Source of the DNA: Rhodospirillales bacterium
GTDB taxonomy: Bacteria; Pseudomonadota; Alphaproteobacteria; Kiloniellales; JACOMY01
Length of the DNA: 64,000 nucleotides
Assembly: GCA_963669445.1 (NCBI GenBank)
Contig: OY770029.1
Span: 5,029,133 to 5,093,132 of the forward strand
Reading direction: 5' to 3'
Part shown: piece by piece, positions 47,856 to 57,319 of the stretch
Layout: every line of letters starts with the position of its first letter
Numbering within the stretch: position 1 is the first letter of the stretch
Notes under the pieces: generated by a model
Told to the model about the DNA's origin: nothing
The model's input: only the letters and a program-made list of their open reading frames with translations
The model's database searches: none
Position numbers and translations under genes: made by a program

Positions 47856-48569
47856 ATGACGCCGCAAGACCAAGCAAAGATCGCCGCCGGCAAAGCGGCC
47901 ATCGAAGAGTTCGTCTTCGATGGGATGAAAATCGGCTTGGGCTCCGGAACCACGTCGCACTTCTTCGTGCGCTCGCTGGGCGAGACACTGCGCGGCGGCC
48001 TGAGTTTGACCGCAACGACGACATCGAGCAGCACCAGCGCCGTTGCAAAGGAAGTCGGAATCGAAATCACGGACATCAACGAGATCGGCGAACTCGACCT
48101 CACGATCGACGGGCCGGATGAGATCGACGGCCGCCTGCAGATGATCAAGGGTGGAGGCGCCTGCCTGCTTTGGGAGAAGATCGTCGCACATGCCTCCAAG
48201 CGAATGATAACCATCTGCGACGAGACCAAGATCGTGGAGACCCTTGGGCGCTTTCCTCTGCCCGTCGAGGTAGTGCCCTTCGGCTGGAAGCAAAGCCTGC
48301 GCATGATCAGACGCGAACTTGCCAGGGCCGGCCTCTCAGCAGCCACGCTGGCCCGCAGAGAGCAGGAGGGAACGGCCGTTGTGACTGACAGCGGCAACTA
48401 CATCATCGACTGCGCGTGCGGGGCAATTCCCGATGCCGGCACCCTTGAGGTCAACTTGAACATGATCCCCGGTGTCGTCGAGAACGGCCTCTTTACCAGA
48501 GAAGCAAATGGCATGGTCGTCGGCTACTTCGATGGGTCGACCAAGACAACCATACGATCTAGCGTTTGA
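47856..48569 (+). CDS. rpiA: Ribose-5-phosphate isomerase A
   Basis: Contains KIGLGSGTTS, DLTIDGPDEID and MIKGGGACLLWEKIV, the typical RpiA motifs. Confidence 0.9.
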   Translation: MTPQDQAKIAAGKAAIEEFVFDGMKIGLGSGTTSHFFVRSLGETLRGGLSLTATTTSSSTSAVAKEVGIEITDINEIGELDLTIDGPDEIDGRLQMIKGGGACLLWEKIVAHASKRMITICDETKIVETLGRFPLPVEVVPFGWKQSLRMIRRELARAGLSAATLARREQEGTAVVTDSGNYIIDCACGAIPDAGTLEVNLNMIPGVVENGLFTREANGMVVGYFDGSTKTTIRSSV

Positions 48570-48697
48570 TCGCAGAAGGATGGAGTTCCTTAAGTACTGC
48601 AGAGCAAACAGCAAGAACCTCATTAGCAGAACTGCTCAAGATAAAGATCTGATTGAGAAACACCGCGACTATCTGCGCTTCGAGTCGGCCCCCTAGG

Positions 48698-48746
48698 GCA
48701 GATCGTTCCCGAAAAGAATTACTCGGGAACGATCTGCTCCTTTTTC
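48698..48746 (+). terminator. Rho-independent terminator (15-bp perfect stem plus T-run)
   Basis: GCAGATCGTTCCCGA (48698-48712), loop AAAGAATTAC, TCGGGAACGATCTGC (48723-48737), then TCCTTTTTC. It abuts the stop of the convergent GlxA gene. Confidence 0.7.
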
Positions 48747-49737
48747 AAAGCAGCGGGGGCGGGGCCTTGTGCCGCTGGCGATAGCGGTTGGGCGTGATGC
48801 CCTCATGCTTGCCAAACACGCGAACCAGATGCGCCAAATCGCAGAACCCAGTGGCAAGCGCGATCTCCGTCACGCTGCGATCCGAGCGAGTCAGCAAAAA
48901 GCGGGCCTGGCCCAAGCGGATCTTCAGGCAAGCCGCGGAGGGACTGATGCCGATCGCCTGGCGAAAGTGACGCTCCAACTTGCGACGCCCGACATTCAGG
49001 TCCGCAGCCAGGTCGGTGACCGAGGGCGGGGCGTCCAGTTCCTGCTGCATGCGGATCAGCGCCTTACGCACCAAAGGGTCGCGCGTCGATAGCTCCATCG
49101 GCAGCCCAGGCTGCGGCTCTTCAGCGGCCAAGGCCTCGTCGATGATCATAATGTGCAGGCTTTTCCGTGCGGCAGAGCGGCCGATGTGCCGTTCGACCAG
49201 AAAAGCCGCCAGATGCGCAGAACTGACACCGCCTGAGCAAGTCAGACGATCGCGATCGACCACAAAGAGCTGGTCTGAGACCGGAGTCAGACCGTCAAAC
49301 TGCTCGAGAAAGTCCTGGTGATGAAACCAGCTGACGCAGCAGCGATAGCCGGACATCAGACCAACACGGTGCAGCACGAACGCACCGGTGCAGGCGCCGA
49401 CGATCGGAACCTCTATCTGGGCCGCACGCCTGAGAAACGCAACATACTCGGGCTCGAAGCTCTCGACCTCGTCCAGCAGTCCGCCGACAACGCAGATGTA
49501 GTCGAAGGCTGCCGGATCGCCCAGGCGCCGGTCGGGCTGAACGGCAATGCCGCAGCTGGAGCGGACCGGGTTCATCGAGGTCGAGAGGACGGCCCAGCTG
49601 CAGTGAATGGGACGAGAGCGATCGCTCTCGTCTGCAGCCAGCCGCAAGACGTCGATGAAGTTGGCGAAGGCCGAGAGCGTGAAGCGGCGAGTCAGCAGAA
49701 AGCCGATGTTGAGCCTGGCAGTCGGGTTGGCTGGCAT
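48745..49737 (-). CDS. GlxA family (DJ-1/PfpI + AraC HTH) transcriptional regulator, divergent from the sox operon
   Basis: Start at MPANPTARLNIGFLL. Contains VGACTGAFVLHRVGLM. AraC C-terminus IALATGFCDLAHLVRVFGKHEGITPNRYR. Confidence 0.85.
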   Translation of the reverse strand: MPANPTARLNIGFLLTRRFTLSAFANFIDVLRLAADESDRSRPIHCSWAVLSTSMNPVRSSCGIAVQPDRRLGDPAAFDYICVVGGLLDEVESFEPEYVAFLRRAAQIEVPIVGACTGAFVLHRVGLMSGYRCCVSWFHHQDFLEQFDGLTPVSDQLFVVDRDRLTCSGGVSSAHLAAFLVERHIGRSAARKSLHIMIIDEALAAEEPQPGLPMELSTRDPLVRKALIRMQQELDAPPSVTDLAADLNVGRRKLERHFRQAIGISPSAACLKIRLGQARFLLTRSDRSVTEIALATGFCDLAHLVRVFGKHEGITPNRYRQRHKAPPPLL

Positions 49738-49847
49738 GATCTCCTCCAGCGGTGGTGACGCAAACCTACTGCTTACTTGGCGCAAACATCCAGAAAATTC
49801 ATGTCACCTGCTGATAGAGAGCGCTCGACACACTAAGGACAGGCGTC

Positions 49848-51101
49848 ATGACTCATTTCTCTGCCATCTCGCTTCTGAAGAACGCACTGACCGGGCACAG
49901 CGGTTGGCGCGAGCAATGGCCGGATTCTGAGCCCAAGGCCGAGTATGACGTGGTCGTCGTCGGTGCCGGCGGGCATGGACTGGGGGCCGCTTACTACCTG
50001 GCAAAGCAGCACGGCATCACCAATGTGGCGGTGATCGACAAGGGCTGGCTGGGCGGCGGCAACACCGGCCGCAACACCACCATCATCCGATCCAACTACC
50101 TCTATGACGAGAGCGCACGGCTTTACGATCATGCGCTGGATCTCTGGGAGGGCTTGAGCCAGGACCTGAACTACAATGTCATGTTCTCGCGTCGCGGCGT
50201 CATGATGCTGGCGCACAACGTGCACGACGTGCAGAGCTTTCAGCGTCACATCCATGCCAATCGGCTGAACGGGGTGGACAACGCCTGGCTGACGCCTGAG
50301 GAGGCCAAGGCCTTCTGCCCGCCGCTGAACATCTCCCCTAGCGCGCGCTACCCGGTAATGGGGGCAGCGCTGCAGCGGCGCGCCGGCACCGCACGGCATG
50401 ACGCGGTGGCCTGGGGCTATGCCCGCGGTGCGGCCGCCCGTGGCGTCGACATCATCCAGAACTGCCCGGTCACCGCCATTCGCCGCGGTGCCGACGGCGC
50501 GGTCGAAGGCGTTGAGACAGCCAAGGGCTTCATTCGAGCAAAGAAGGTTGCAGTGTCGGCGGCCGGCCATACCTCGGTCGTGATGGAGAGCGCAGGCGTG
50601 CGCATGCCGCTTGAGAGCTATCCGCTGCAAGCCCTGGTGAGCGAGCCGGTCAAGCCTGTATTCCCTTGCGTCGTCATGTCCAACACGGTGCATGCCTACA
50701 TCAGCCAGTCCGACAAAGGTGAACTGGTCATCGGCTCGGGCACCGATCAATACACCAGCTATTCCCAACGCGGTGGGCTGAACCTGATCGAGCACACCGT
50801 GGCCGCCATCTGCGAGGTCTTTCCGATCTTCACGCGCATGCGGATGCTGCGTAAGTGGGGCGGCATCGTCGATGTCACGCCCGATCGCTCGGCCATCCTT
50901 GGCAAGACGCCGGTTCGAGGCCTCTACGTCAACTGCGGCTGGGGTACGGGCGGATTCAAGGCCACACCAGGTGCCGCCCACACGCTGGCCTGGACCGTCG
51001 CCAAAGACGAACCCCACCCGATCAACGCGCCCTTCACCTTGGAGCGCTTCTGCAACGGCCGCTTGATCGACGAGGCCGCCGCTGCCGCCGTCGCACACTA
51101 G
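49848..51101 (+). CDS. soxB: Sarcosine oxidase subunit beta
   Basis: Contains [21 protein letters not shown] (FAD), [16 protein letters not shown] and [13 protein letters not shown]. Confidence 0.95.
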   Translation: MTHFSAISLLKNALTGHSGWREQWPDSEPKAEYDVVVVGAGGHGLGAAYYLAKQHGITNVAVIDKGWLGGGNTGRNTTIIRSNYLYDESARLYDHALDLWEGLSQDLNYNVMFSRRGVMMLAHNVHDVQSFQRHIHANRLNGVDNAWLTPEEAKAFCPPLNISPSARYPVMGAALQRRAGTARHDAVAWGYARGAAARGVDIIQNCPVTAIRRGADGAVEGVETAKGFIRAKKVAVSAAGHTSVVMESAGVRMPLESYPLQALVSEPVKPVFPCVVMSNTVHAYISQSDKGELVIGSGTDQYTSYSQRGGLNLIEHTVAAICEVFPIFTRMRMLRKWGGIVDVTPDRSAILGKTPVRGLYVNCGWGTGGFKATPGAAHTLAWTVAKDEPHPINAPFTLERFCNGRLIDEAAAAAVAH

Positions 51102-51222
51102 TTCCTTGTCCGCTTACGCCGCATCGGCGCTGGCCGGACCAATTACGAGTTCGAAACGCAAAGCAGAGTCAATCGATCGGGCAGACCCGCCCAATCTTGA
51201 CCTGCGCATAGGGAGAGAGCCC

Positions 51223-51525
51223 GTGCTTCTCATCGATTGCCCCTACTGCAAAGAAAGCCTGCCGGAGTTGGAGTTCGCCTATGCCGGCGAGGCCCACATC
51301 GCGCGTCCCGAAGATCCCTCTACGCTCGGCGACGAGGCTTGGCGCGACTTCCTTTTCATCCGCACCAACGCCAAAGGCCCGCACTTTGAGCGTTGGCGTC
51401 ACCTGCATGGCTGCGGCCGCTTCTTCAACGCTGTGCGCGACACGGTCAGCGATCGCTTTCTGGTGACCTATAAGGCAGGCGAGGCGGGTCCCGATCTGCA
51501 GAGCTTGAAGGAGGGTGGAGAGTGA
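51223..51525 (+). CDS. soxD: Sarcosine oxidase subunit delta
   Basis: GTG start preceded by GGGAGAG. (M)LLIDCPYCKESLPELEFAYAGEAH ... RWRHLHGCGRFFN is the typical SoxD Zn-ribbon pattern. The track ORF from TTG 51106 is probably an over-extension. Confidence 0.85.
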   Translation: MLLIDCPYCKESLPELEFAYAGEAHIARPEDPSTLGDEAWRDFLFIRTNAKGPHFERWRHLHGCGRFFNAVRDTVSDRFLVTYKAGEAGPDLQSLKEGGE

Positions 51526-54518
51526 CCCGCTTTCGCGTCAAAGGGGCCGGGCGCGTCCGCCACGACCGGCCGGTTCGCTTCACCTTCGACGGACGAAGCT
51601 TTAAGGGTCGCGAGGGCGACACGGTCGCCTCGGCGCTGCTGGCCAACGGGGTGCATCTGCTTGGCCGCTCTTTCAAGTATCACCGACCGCGCGGCATCAT
51701 GACCGCCGGCTCGGAAGAGCCCAACGCACTGATCAACACCAGTCGAGGCGCTGGACGTGCCGAGCCGAACACCCGCGCCACCGTGCAGGAAATCTGGCCC
51801 GGACTGAGGACGCAGAGCCAGAACAAATGGCCCAACCTGAAATTCGATGTCGGGGCGGTGAACGACCGCCTCTACATGCTCTTCTCGGCCGGCTTCTACT
51901 ACAAGACCTTCATGTGGCCGAAGAGCTTCTGGGACCGGATCTACGAGCCGGTGATCCGCAATGCAGCCGGCCTGGGCAAGGCGCCCAGCGAGCCCGACCC
52001 CGATCGTTATGCCTCGCGTTACCTGCACACGGACCTCTTGGTGGTCGGTGCCGGGCCGGCCGGCCTGGCCGCGGCTCGAGAGGCCGCGCAAGCCGGTTTG
52101 CGGGTCACATTGGTCGATGAGAACGCAGAGATGGGTGGCAGCCTGCTCTCAGAGCCTGGGGTCAAGATCGACGGCCAGGCGGCGTGGGACTGGCTTGCGG
52201 CCACGCTTGTTGAACTCGAGGAACGCGGCGTCCGGCTGCTGTGCCGCACCACGGCGATCGGCTACTATCACCAGAACATGCTGGGTCTGGTGCAGCGCTT
52301 GACCGACCACCTGGAAACGCCGGCCGAATCCGCCCCGCGCGAGCGTATGTGGCGGGTGCGGGCGACGCAGGTGATCCTGGCACAAGGCGCCTTGGAGAAG
52401 CCACTGGTCTTCGACGGCAACGACCGACCGGGCGTGCTGCTGGCCGGAGCGGCCCAGACCTTCCTGAACCGCTATGGCGTACGCGTCGGCGCCCGCGCCG
52501 TCGTCGCGACCAGCCACGACAGTGCTTGGTTTGCCGCCTTCGACCTGGCCGATGCAGGTACGAAGGTCGCAGCGATCGTCGACACCCGTGCCGAACCTGG
52601 CGCGGCGCTTCTGGCTGCAGCAGAGGCGCGCGGCATCGCGGTCCTGACGTCCCACACCGTGACCGGAACCAAGGGCCGGCTGCGTGTCGCTTCGGTGCGC
52701 GTCAACCCGCTGAAGAACGGCCAGGTCGGGGCGGCGCGCAGTCTGGATTGCGATTGCCTGCTGATCAGTGGCGGCTGGACTCCCTCGCTGCACCTCTTCT
52801 CGCACACCAAGGGGTCGCTCGCCTGGGATGAAGAGACGCGCAGCTTCCTGCCGGACCGCAAGACCGAAGCCTGCGAGATCGCTGGCGCCGGACGCGGACT
52901 CTGGGGTGTCGCTGCCGCCCTCGAGGACGGCGTGGCAGCAGGACGCGCCTGCATCCTGGCGGCAGGGAAAGAGGCGACAGCCTCCTCTGCCGTAGCCGTC
53001 GAGGACGACAGACCAGGCTCTGGCGAGAGCCATAAGGAGCTTCCGAGCGACCGCAAGCCCGGACGGGCGCGGGCCTTCGTCGACTATCAGAACGACGTGA
53101 CCGCCAAGGACATCCGCCTGGCGGTCCGCGAGGGCATGCGCTCGATCGAGCATGTGAAGCGCTACACCACCAACGGCATGGCGACCGATCAGGGCAAGAT
53201 GTCGAACATCAACGGGCTGATGATTGCCGCCGATGCGGTGGGCAAACCCCCGCCGGAGGTGGGTCTCACCACATTCCGTCCACCCTACACGCCGACCAGC
53301 TTCGGCGCCTTTGCCGGCTATCATCGCGGCAACCACTTCGAGGTCACCCGCAAGACCGGCATCGATGCCTGGGCCGAGGCTGAGGGCGCAGTCTTCGAGC
53401 CGGTCGCCCAGTGGCGGCGGGCCTGGTACTTCCCGAAGGACGGCGAAGACATGGCAGCCGCAGTCGCCCGCGAGTGCGCTGCGACCCGCGGCTCGCTCGG
53501 CATTTTCGATGCCTCGACCCTCGGCAAGATCGAGGTTGCCGGTCCCGATGCGGTCACCTTCATGAACCGCATGTACACCAACCCTTGGACCAAGCTCGCC
53601 CCCGGTCGCTGCCGCTATGGCCTGCTGCTTGGCGAGGACGGCTTCATTCGCGACGACGGGGTGATCGGGCGCCTGTCCGCGGATCGCTTCCATGTCACGA
53701 CCACGACAGGCGGCGCGGCGCGCGTCCTGAACATGATGGAGGACTACCTCCAGACCGAATGGCCCGATCTCAAGGTCTGGTTGACCTCAACCACCGAACA
53801 GTGGGCGACCATCGCGCTCAATGGCCCGAACGCCAGACACCTCTTGGTGCCCTTGGTCAAGGGCCTGGACCTATCGGACAGCGCCTTCCCGCATATGTCG
53901 GTCGCCGAGTGCGAGGTCGCGGGTCTTCCCGCGCGCCTTTTCCGGGTCAGCTTCTCCGGTGAACTTGGTTTCGAGGTCAATGTGCCGGCCCGCTATGGCC
54001 GGCAACTCTGGGAGAGCTTGATTGAGGCCGGATCCGCCTACGACATCTGCCCCTACGGTACCGAGACCATGCATGTCCTGCGTGCCGAGAAGGGCTTTAT
54101 CATCGTCGGTCAAGATACCGACGGTACGGTGACACCCGACGACGCCGGGCTTGGTTGGGCGATCGGCAAGGCCAAAGCCGATTTCGTCGGCAAGCGCTCG
54201 CTCGCACGTCCCGACCTGGTGGCCTCAGGCCGCAAACAGCTGGTCGGCCTCTTGACCGACGATGCGACGACCAAGCTGGAGGAAGGCGCCCAGATCGTGG
54301 CCGACCCCAGGCAAGCCTTGCCGATGAAGATGATCGGACACGTGACCTCGTCCTATCACAGCTCCGCTCTCGGCCGACCCATTGCCTTGGCCTTGATCGA
54401 GGATGGCCGCGCCCTGGAGGGCAAGACTCTCTACGTTCCGATGCCGGGCGCAGCGCACGCCGCTACGGTGACCGGAACGCTGTTCTACGACCCAGACGGT
54501 AAGCGCTTGAAGCTTTGA
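51522..54518 (+). CDS. soxA: Sarcosine oxidase subunit alpha
   Basis: 998 aa. Contains FTFDGRSFKGREGDTVASALLANGV, LVVGAGPAGLAAA and a C-terminal GcvT-like folate-binding domain. Overlaps soxD by 4 nt. Confidence 0.95.
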   Translation: MTRFRVKGAGRVRHDRPVRFTFDGRSFKGREGDTVASALLANGVHLLGRSFKYHRPRGIMTAGSEEPNALINTSRGAGRAEPNTRATVQEIWPGLRTQSQNKWPNLKFDVGAVNDRLYMLFSAGFYYKTFMWPKSFWDRIYEPVIRNAAGLGKAPSEPDPDRYASRYLHTDLLVVGAGPAGLAAAREAAQAGLRVTLVDENAEMGGSLLSEPGVKIDGQAAWDWLAATLVELEERGVRLLCRTTAIGYYHQNMLGLVQRLTDHLETPAESAPRERMWRVRATQVILAQGALEKPLVFDGNDRPGVLLAGAAQTFLNRYGVRVGARAVVATSHDSAWFAAFDLADAGTKVAAIVDTRAEPGAALLAAAEARGIAVLTSHTVTGTKGRLRVASVRVNPLKNGQVGAARSLDCDCLLISGGWTPSLHLFSHTKGSLAWDEETRSFLPDRKTEACEIAGAGRGLWGVAAALEDGVAAGRACILAAGKEATASSAVAVEDDRPGSGESHKELPSDRKPGRARAFVDYQNDVTAKDIRLAVREGMRSIEHVKRYTTNGMATDQGKMSNINGLMIAADAVGKPPPEVGLTTFRPPYTPTSFGAFAGYHRGNHFEVTRKTGIDAWAEAEGAVFEPVAQWRRAWYFPKDGEDMAAAVARECAATRGSLGIFDASTLGKIEVAGPDAVTFMNRMYTNPWTKLAPGRCRYGLLLGEDGFIRDDGVIGRLSADRFHVTTTTGGAARVLNMMEDYLQTEWPDLKVWLTSTTEQWATIALNGPNARHLLVPLVKGLDLSDSAFPHMSVAECEVAGLPARLFRVSFSGELGFEVNVPARYGRQLWESLIEAGSAYDICPYGTETMHVLRAEKGFIIVGQDTDGTVTPDDAGLGWAIGKAKADFVGKRSLARPDLVASGRKQLVGLLTDDATTKLEEGAQIVADPRQALPMKMIGHVTSSYHSSALGRPIALALIEDGRALEGKTLYVPMPGAAHAATVTGTLFYDPDGKRLKL

Positions 54519-54534
54519 CGCGGGAGACCAAGAA

Positions 54535-55068
54535 ATGACTGAGATCAGTACAGCGACCTCCAGCGAGCTTCGGATCGCAAGCCAGTCGCCGGTTGCACGT
54601 TTTTCACTGCGCATGCGTGAGGGCGATCGAACCGCTCTCGGCCAGACATTGGGATTGGATCTACCCGGCACGATCGGCAGGCGCACGACGGCAGGAGACC
54701 GGGAGGCGCTCTGCCTCGGACCCGACGAATGGCTCCTCCTCGCCCCCGAGGACGAGCGCACCGCGATCACCGATGCCGCAGGCCGCGTCTACGCCGATCA
54801 CCCGCATAGCCTGACCGAGATTAGCGACCGCGAGCTGACCATTCTGGTCGAAGGTGCGCAGGCAGAAGAGCTGCTGTCCTTCGCCTGCCCGCGCGACCTG
54901 GGGCGGCTCGAACCCAGTCATGGCGTGCGGACGGTCTTCGACGGGGTCAGCGTCGTGCTCTGGCGCGACGCTGCCGACCGCTTTCGCCTGGACGTCTGGC
55001 GCTCCTTCGCATCGCATGTGCGCGAGCTTCTGGAGATTGGCGCCGAGGAACTGGCCCTCGGGCTCTAG
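54535..55068 (+). CDS. soxG: Sarcosine oxidase subunit gamma
   Basis: 177 aa. Called from its position after soxA and from CLGPDEWLLLAPED and VVLWR, typical of SoxG. Confidence 0.85.
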   Translation: MTEISTATSSELRIASQSPVARFSLRMREGDRTALGQTLGLDLPGTIGRRTTAGDREALCLGPDEWLLLAPEDERTAITDAAGRVYADHPHSLTEISDRELTILVEGAQAEELLSFACPRDLGRLEPSHGVRTVFDGVSVVLWRDAADRFRLDVWRSFASHVRELLEIGAEELALGL

Positions 55069-55137
55069 AGTGCATGCCAATTTGGGGTTCGTGAGGAGCG
55101 TGCATCCCGGCGCCAAGCCAGGACCGGAATGGACTTC

Positions 55138-56658
55138 TTACTCTTCACTCGCGTCGGGTGCGTGGCCGGGCCTTCGCCCCATAGCGATCCGGGACTTCAG
55201 CTGCCCGAGGTAGGGCAGGAATAGCATCGCAACGGCGATCAGCAGCATCACGACGGTCAGAGGATCGGAGTAGAGAGGCGCCCAGCTGCCGGCTGTGATC
55301 TGCAAGCCGGTGCGAAGCTTCTGCTCCGCCAAGGGCATCAGAATGAAACTGATCGCCATCGGCCCCTTGGGAATGCCGCCGCGCTCCATCAAGAAACCCA
55401 AGAGCCCGAAGCCGATCAAGACCCAGACATCGGCGACGGAGTTGCTGTAGGCAAAGCCGCCCACAATACAAGATACCAGAATGATGGGAAAGAGGATCGA
55501 TCTTGGGACGCGATTGATCTTCGAAACCCAGCGCACGCTCACGACCATGACCACGTACATCACGACATTGGCCATGAAGAGAGCGGCCATCAGCGTGTAG
55601 ACCAGTTCCGGGTTGTTGACGAACAGCAGGGGGCCTGGCTGTATCGAGTGGATCAGCAGGGCCGCCAGGAGCAGGACGTTGTTGAGGCTTCCCGGTAGGC
55701 CCAAGGCCACCAGGGGGATCATTGCACCGCCAATAGTGGCATTGTTGGCGGACTCCGAGGCGATGATGCCCTCCTCGCTGCCGGTGCCATAGTCTTCGGG
55801 TGTCTTGGACACCGACTTGGAGACCGAGTAAGCGACCATCGAACCGATGACGGCACCCACACCCGGAAGCAAGCCGACCCACGTGCCGATAGCAGAAGAG
55901 CGCAGCAGATTGACGCCGTGGCGACGATAGTCGCCTAGGCTCATCAGGATGCCTTTACGTGATGCTTCAACGCCCTTGGGTGCCCCTTCCCGATCCAACA
56001 TGTCGTTCAGCACTGTCCCGAGCGCGAAGAGACCGATGAACATCGGGATCGGGTCGATGCCGCCGTTCAGCTCCACCAGGCCGAAGGTCAGGCGAGGCGT
56101 GCCCGACGAGGCGTCGATCCCCGGCAAGGCCAATAGGGCGCCGATGAAGGCCGCAAGGATGCCCTTGACCATTGAGCCCTGGCTGATCACGGCGATAAGG
56201 ACCAGCGCCATGACGATAAGGGCGAAGTAGTTAAAGGGGGAGAATTGGGTCGCCCAAACCGATAGCGGCTTGGCGAGAAGCACCAGCGCAATCCAGGAGA
56301 CGACACCGCCGACGAATGAGGCGCCGATGCCCAGACCCAACGCGCGCCCCGGCCGGCCGCCGCTGGCCATCGGGAAACCGTCCAGCGTGGTCATGATCGC
56401 AGCTTCGGTACCGGGCATCTTCAGGAGCGTCGCCGTGATCAATCCGCCGCTGATTGCACCGACATAGATGGATATCAACAAGACAATCGCCGTTTCCGGC
56501 GTCATGAAGAAGGTGAGCGGCAGGCAAAGGGCGATCAGCATGGTCCCGGTGAGACCGGGGATGGCGCCGACGAAGACGCCGGTAGAGACCCCGACAAGCA
56601 TCAAGAGGAGCGGCAGCGGGGAGAGGACGAAGCCGAATGCGCTCAGAAGGTCGTGCAT
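55138..56658 (-). CDS. tctA: Tripartite tricarboxylate transporter permease, large subunit
   Basis: Start at MHDLLSAFGFVLSPLPLL. About 507 aa and multi-TM, with GAIPGLTGTM and GLLPGVGA motifs. The 5' part of track ORF 55138..56868 overlaps tctB and was rejected. Confidence 0.9.
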   Translation of the reverse strand: MHDLLSAFGFVLSPLPLLLMLVGVSTGVFVGAIPGLTGTMLIALCLPLTFFMTPETAIVLLISIYVGAISGGLITATLLKMPGTEAAIMTTLDGFPMASGGRPGRALGLGIGASFVGGVVSWIALVLLAKPLSVWATQFSPFNYFALIVMALVLIAVISQGSMVKGILAAFIGALLALPGIDASSGTPRLTFGLVELNGGIDPIPMFIGLFALGTVLNDMLDREGAPKGVEASRKGILMSLGDYRRHGVNLLRSSAIGTWVGLLPGVGAVIGSMVAYSVSKSVSKTPEDYGTGSEEGIIASESANNATIGGAMIPLVALGLPGSLNNVLLLAALLIHSIQPGPLLFVNNPELVYTLMAALFMANVVMYVVMVVSVRWVSKINRVPRSILFPIILVSCIVGGFAYSNSVADVWVLIGFGLLGFLMERGGIPKGPMAISFILMPLAEQKLRTGLQITAGSWAPLYSDPLTVVMLLIAVAMLFLPYLGQLKSRIAMGRRPGHAPDASEE

Positions 56659-56662
56659 AGCA

Positions 56663-57166
56663 TCACCATAGGGTCGGAAGGTCGACGAAGAAGACCTTGG
56701 TGAAGAGCAGCTCTCCCCCAACGCCGATGACGGCCCCAGCGGCAAGCGCGATGGGCAGGGTTCGGGTTCTCCATGAACGGTCGAGCAAACAGGCCACGGC
56801 AGGAACAAAGGCAAGTGTCGCAAGCGAGAAGGGGATGCGGAGGTTGAACAGGCAAAAGACGTAGGCAACGATCAGCAAAAGCATGATGAGAACGTCAGAG
56901 ATCTCGCGTGCGCTGTAGCGTTTTTCGCGCAGCTCGGCCGCATCTTCGGCCATGCCGGAGCCCTCCGCTTTGCGTCGGTCTTTGAAGGCAGCGAGGCCGC
57001 TCAAGACAGAAAGCAGGATAACTCCACCCCCGATCGCGTAGGGGGCAGCCGCCGAGCCCAGGGGGTCGAAAGAGATACCCTTGATCTCTCCCGCAGCCCA
57101 AAGGCCGGCAAACCCGAGGACCAAGAACAAGACCAGTGCGGCGACATCGAATACCCAGCTTCTCAT
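56663..57166 (-). CDS. tctB: Tripartite tricarboxylate transporter small subunit (TctB family)
   Basis: 167-aa hydrophobic protein between tctC and tctA, preceded by GGAGGAGG. Confidence 0.75.
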   Translation of the reverse strand: MRSWVFDVAALVLFLVLGFAGLWAAGEIKGISFDPLGSAAAPYAIGGGVILLSVLSGLAAFKDRRKAEGSGMAEDAAELREKRYSAREISDVLIMLLLIVAYVFCLFNLRIPFSLATLAFVPAVACLLDRSWRTRTLPIALAAGAVIGVGGELLFTKVFFVDLPTLW

Positions 57167-57281
57167 CCGATTTCCTCCTCCAGCAGACGGTATGGTCTTC
57201 GGCGGATCGCGATCCCCAATCTCTGATCCCGTCTTGCCGCCCAGCCGGGCCCTGAGATCGGCAACTCACGAGAGAGGACAG

Positions 57282-57311
57282 CCAGAGCCAAGGGCGGCCC
57301 CATGGCTCCGG
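57282..57311 (-). other. Hairpin just downstream of the tctC stop (intercistronic)
   Basis: CCAGAGCCA (57282-57290) and TGGCTCCGG (57303-57311) pair at 8 of 9 positions, with a 12-nt loop. It lies within the 153-nt tctC-tctB spacer. Confidence 0.3.
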
Positions 57312-57319
57312 ACATCGAC

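Noticed and set aside
49833-51098. 421-aa minus-strand ORF
   Set aside because: It is an exact antisense mirror of soxB. soxB has the FAD motif and the expected operon context.
52149-53693. 514-aa minus-strand ORF
   Set aside because: It is antisense to soxA. It has no family signature and a GC-driven open frame.
56659-56868. 5' extension of the tctA ORF
   Set aside because: It overlaps tctB. ATG 56658 gives the expected TctA length of about 507 aa and the expected hydrophobic N-terminus.
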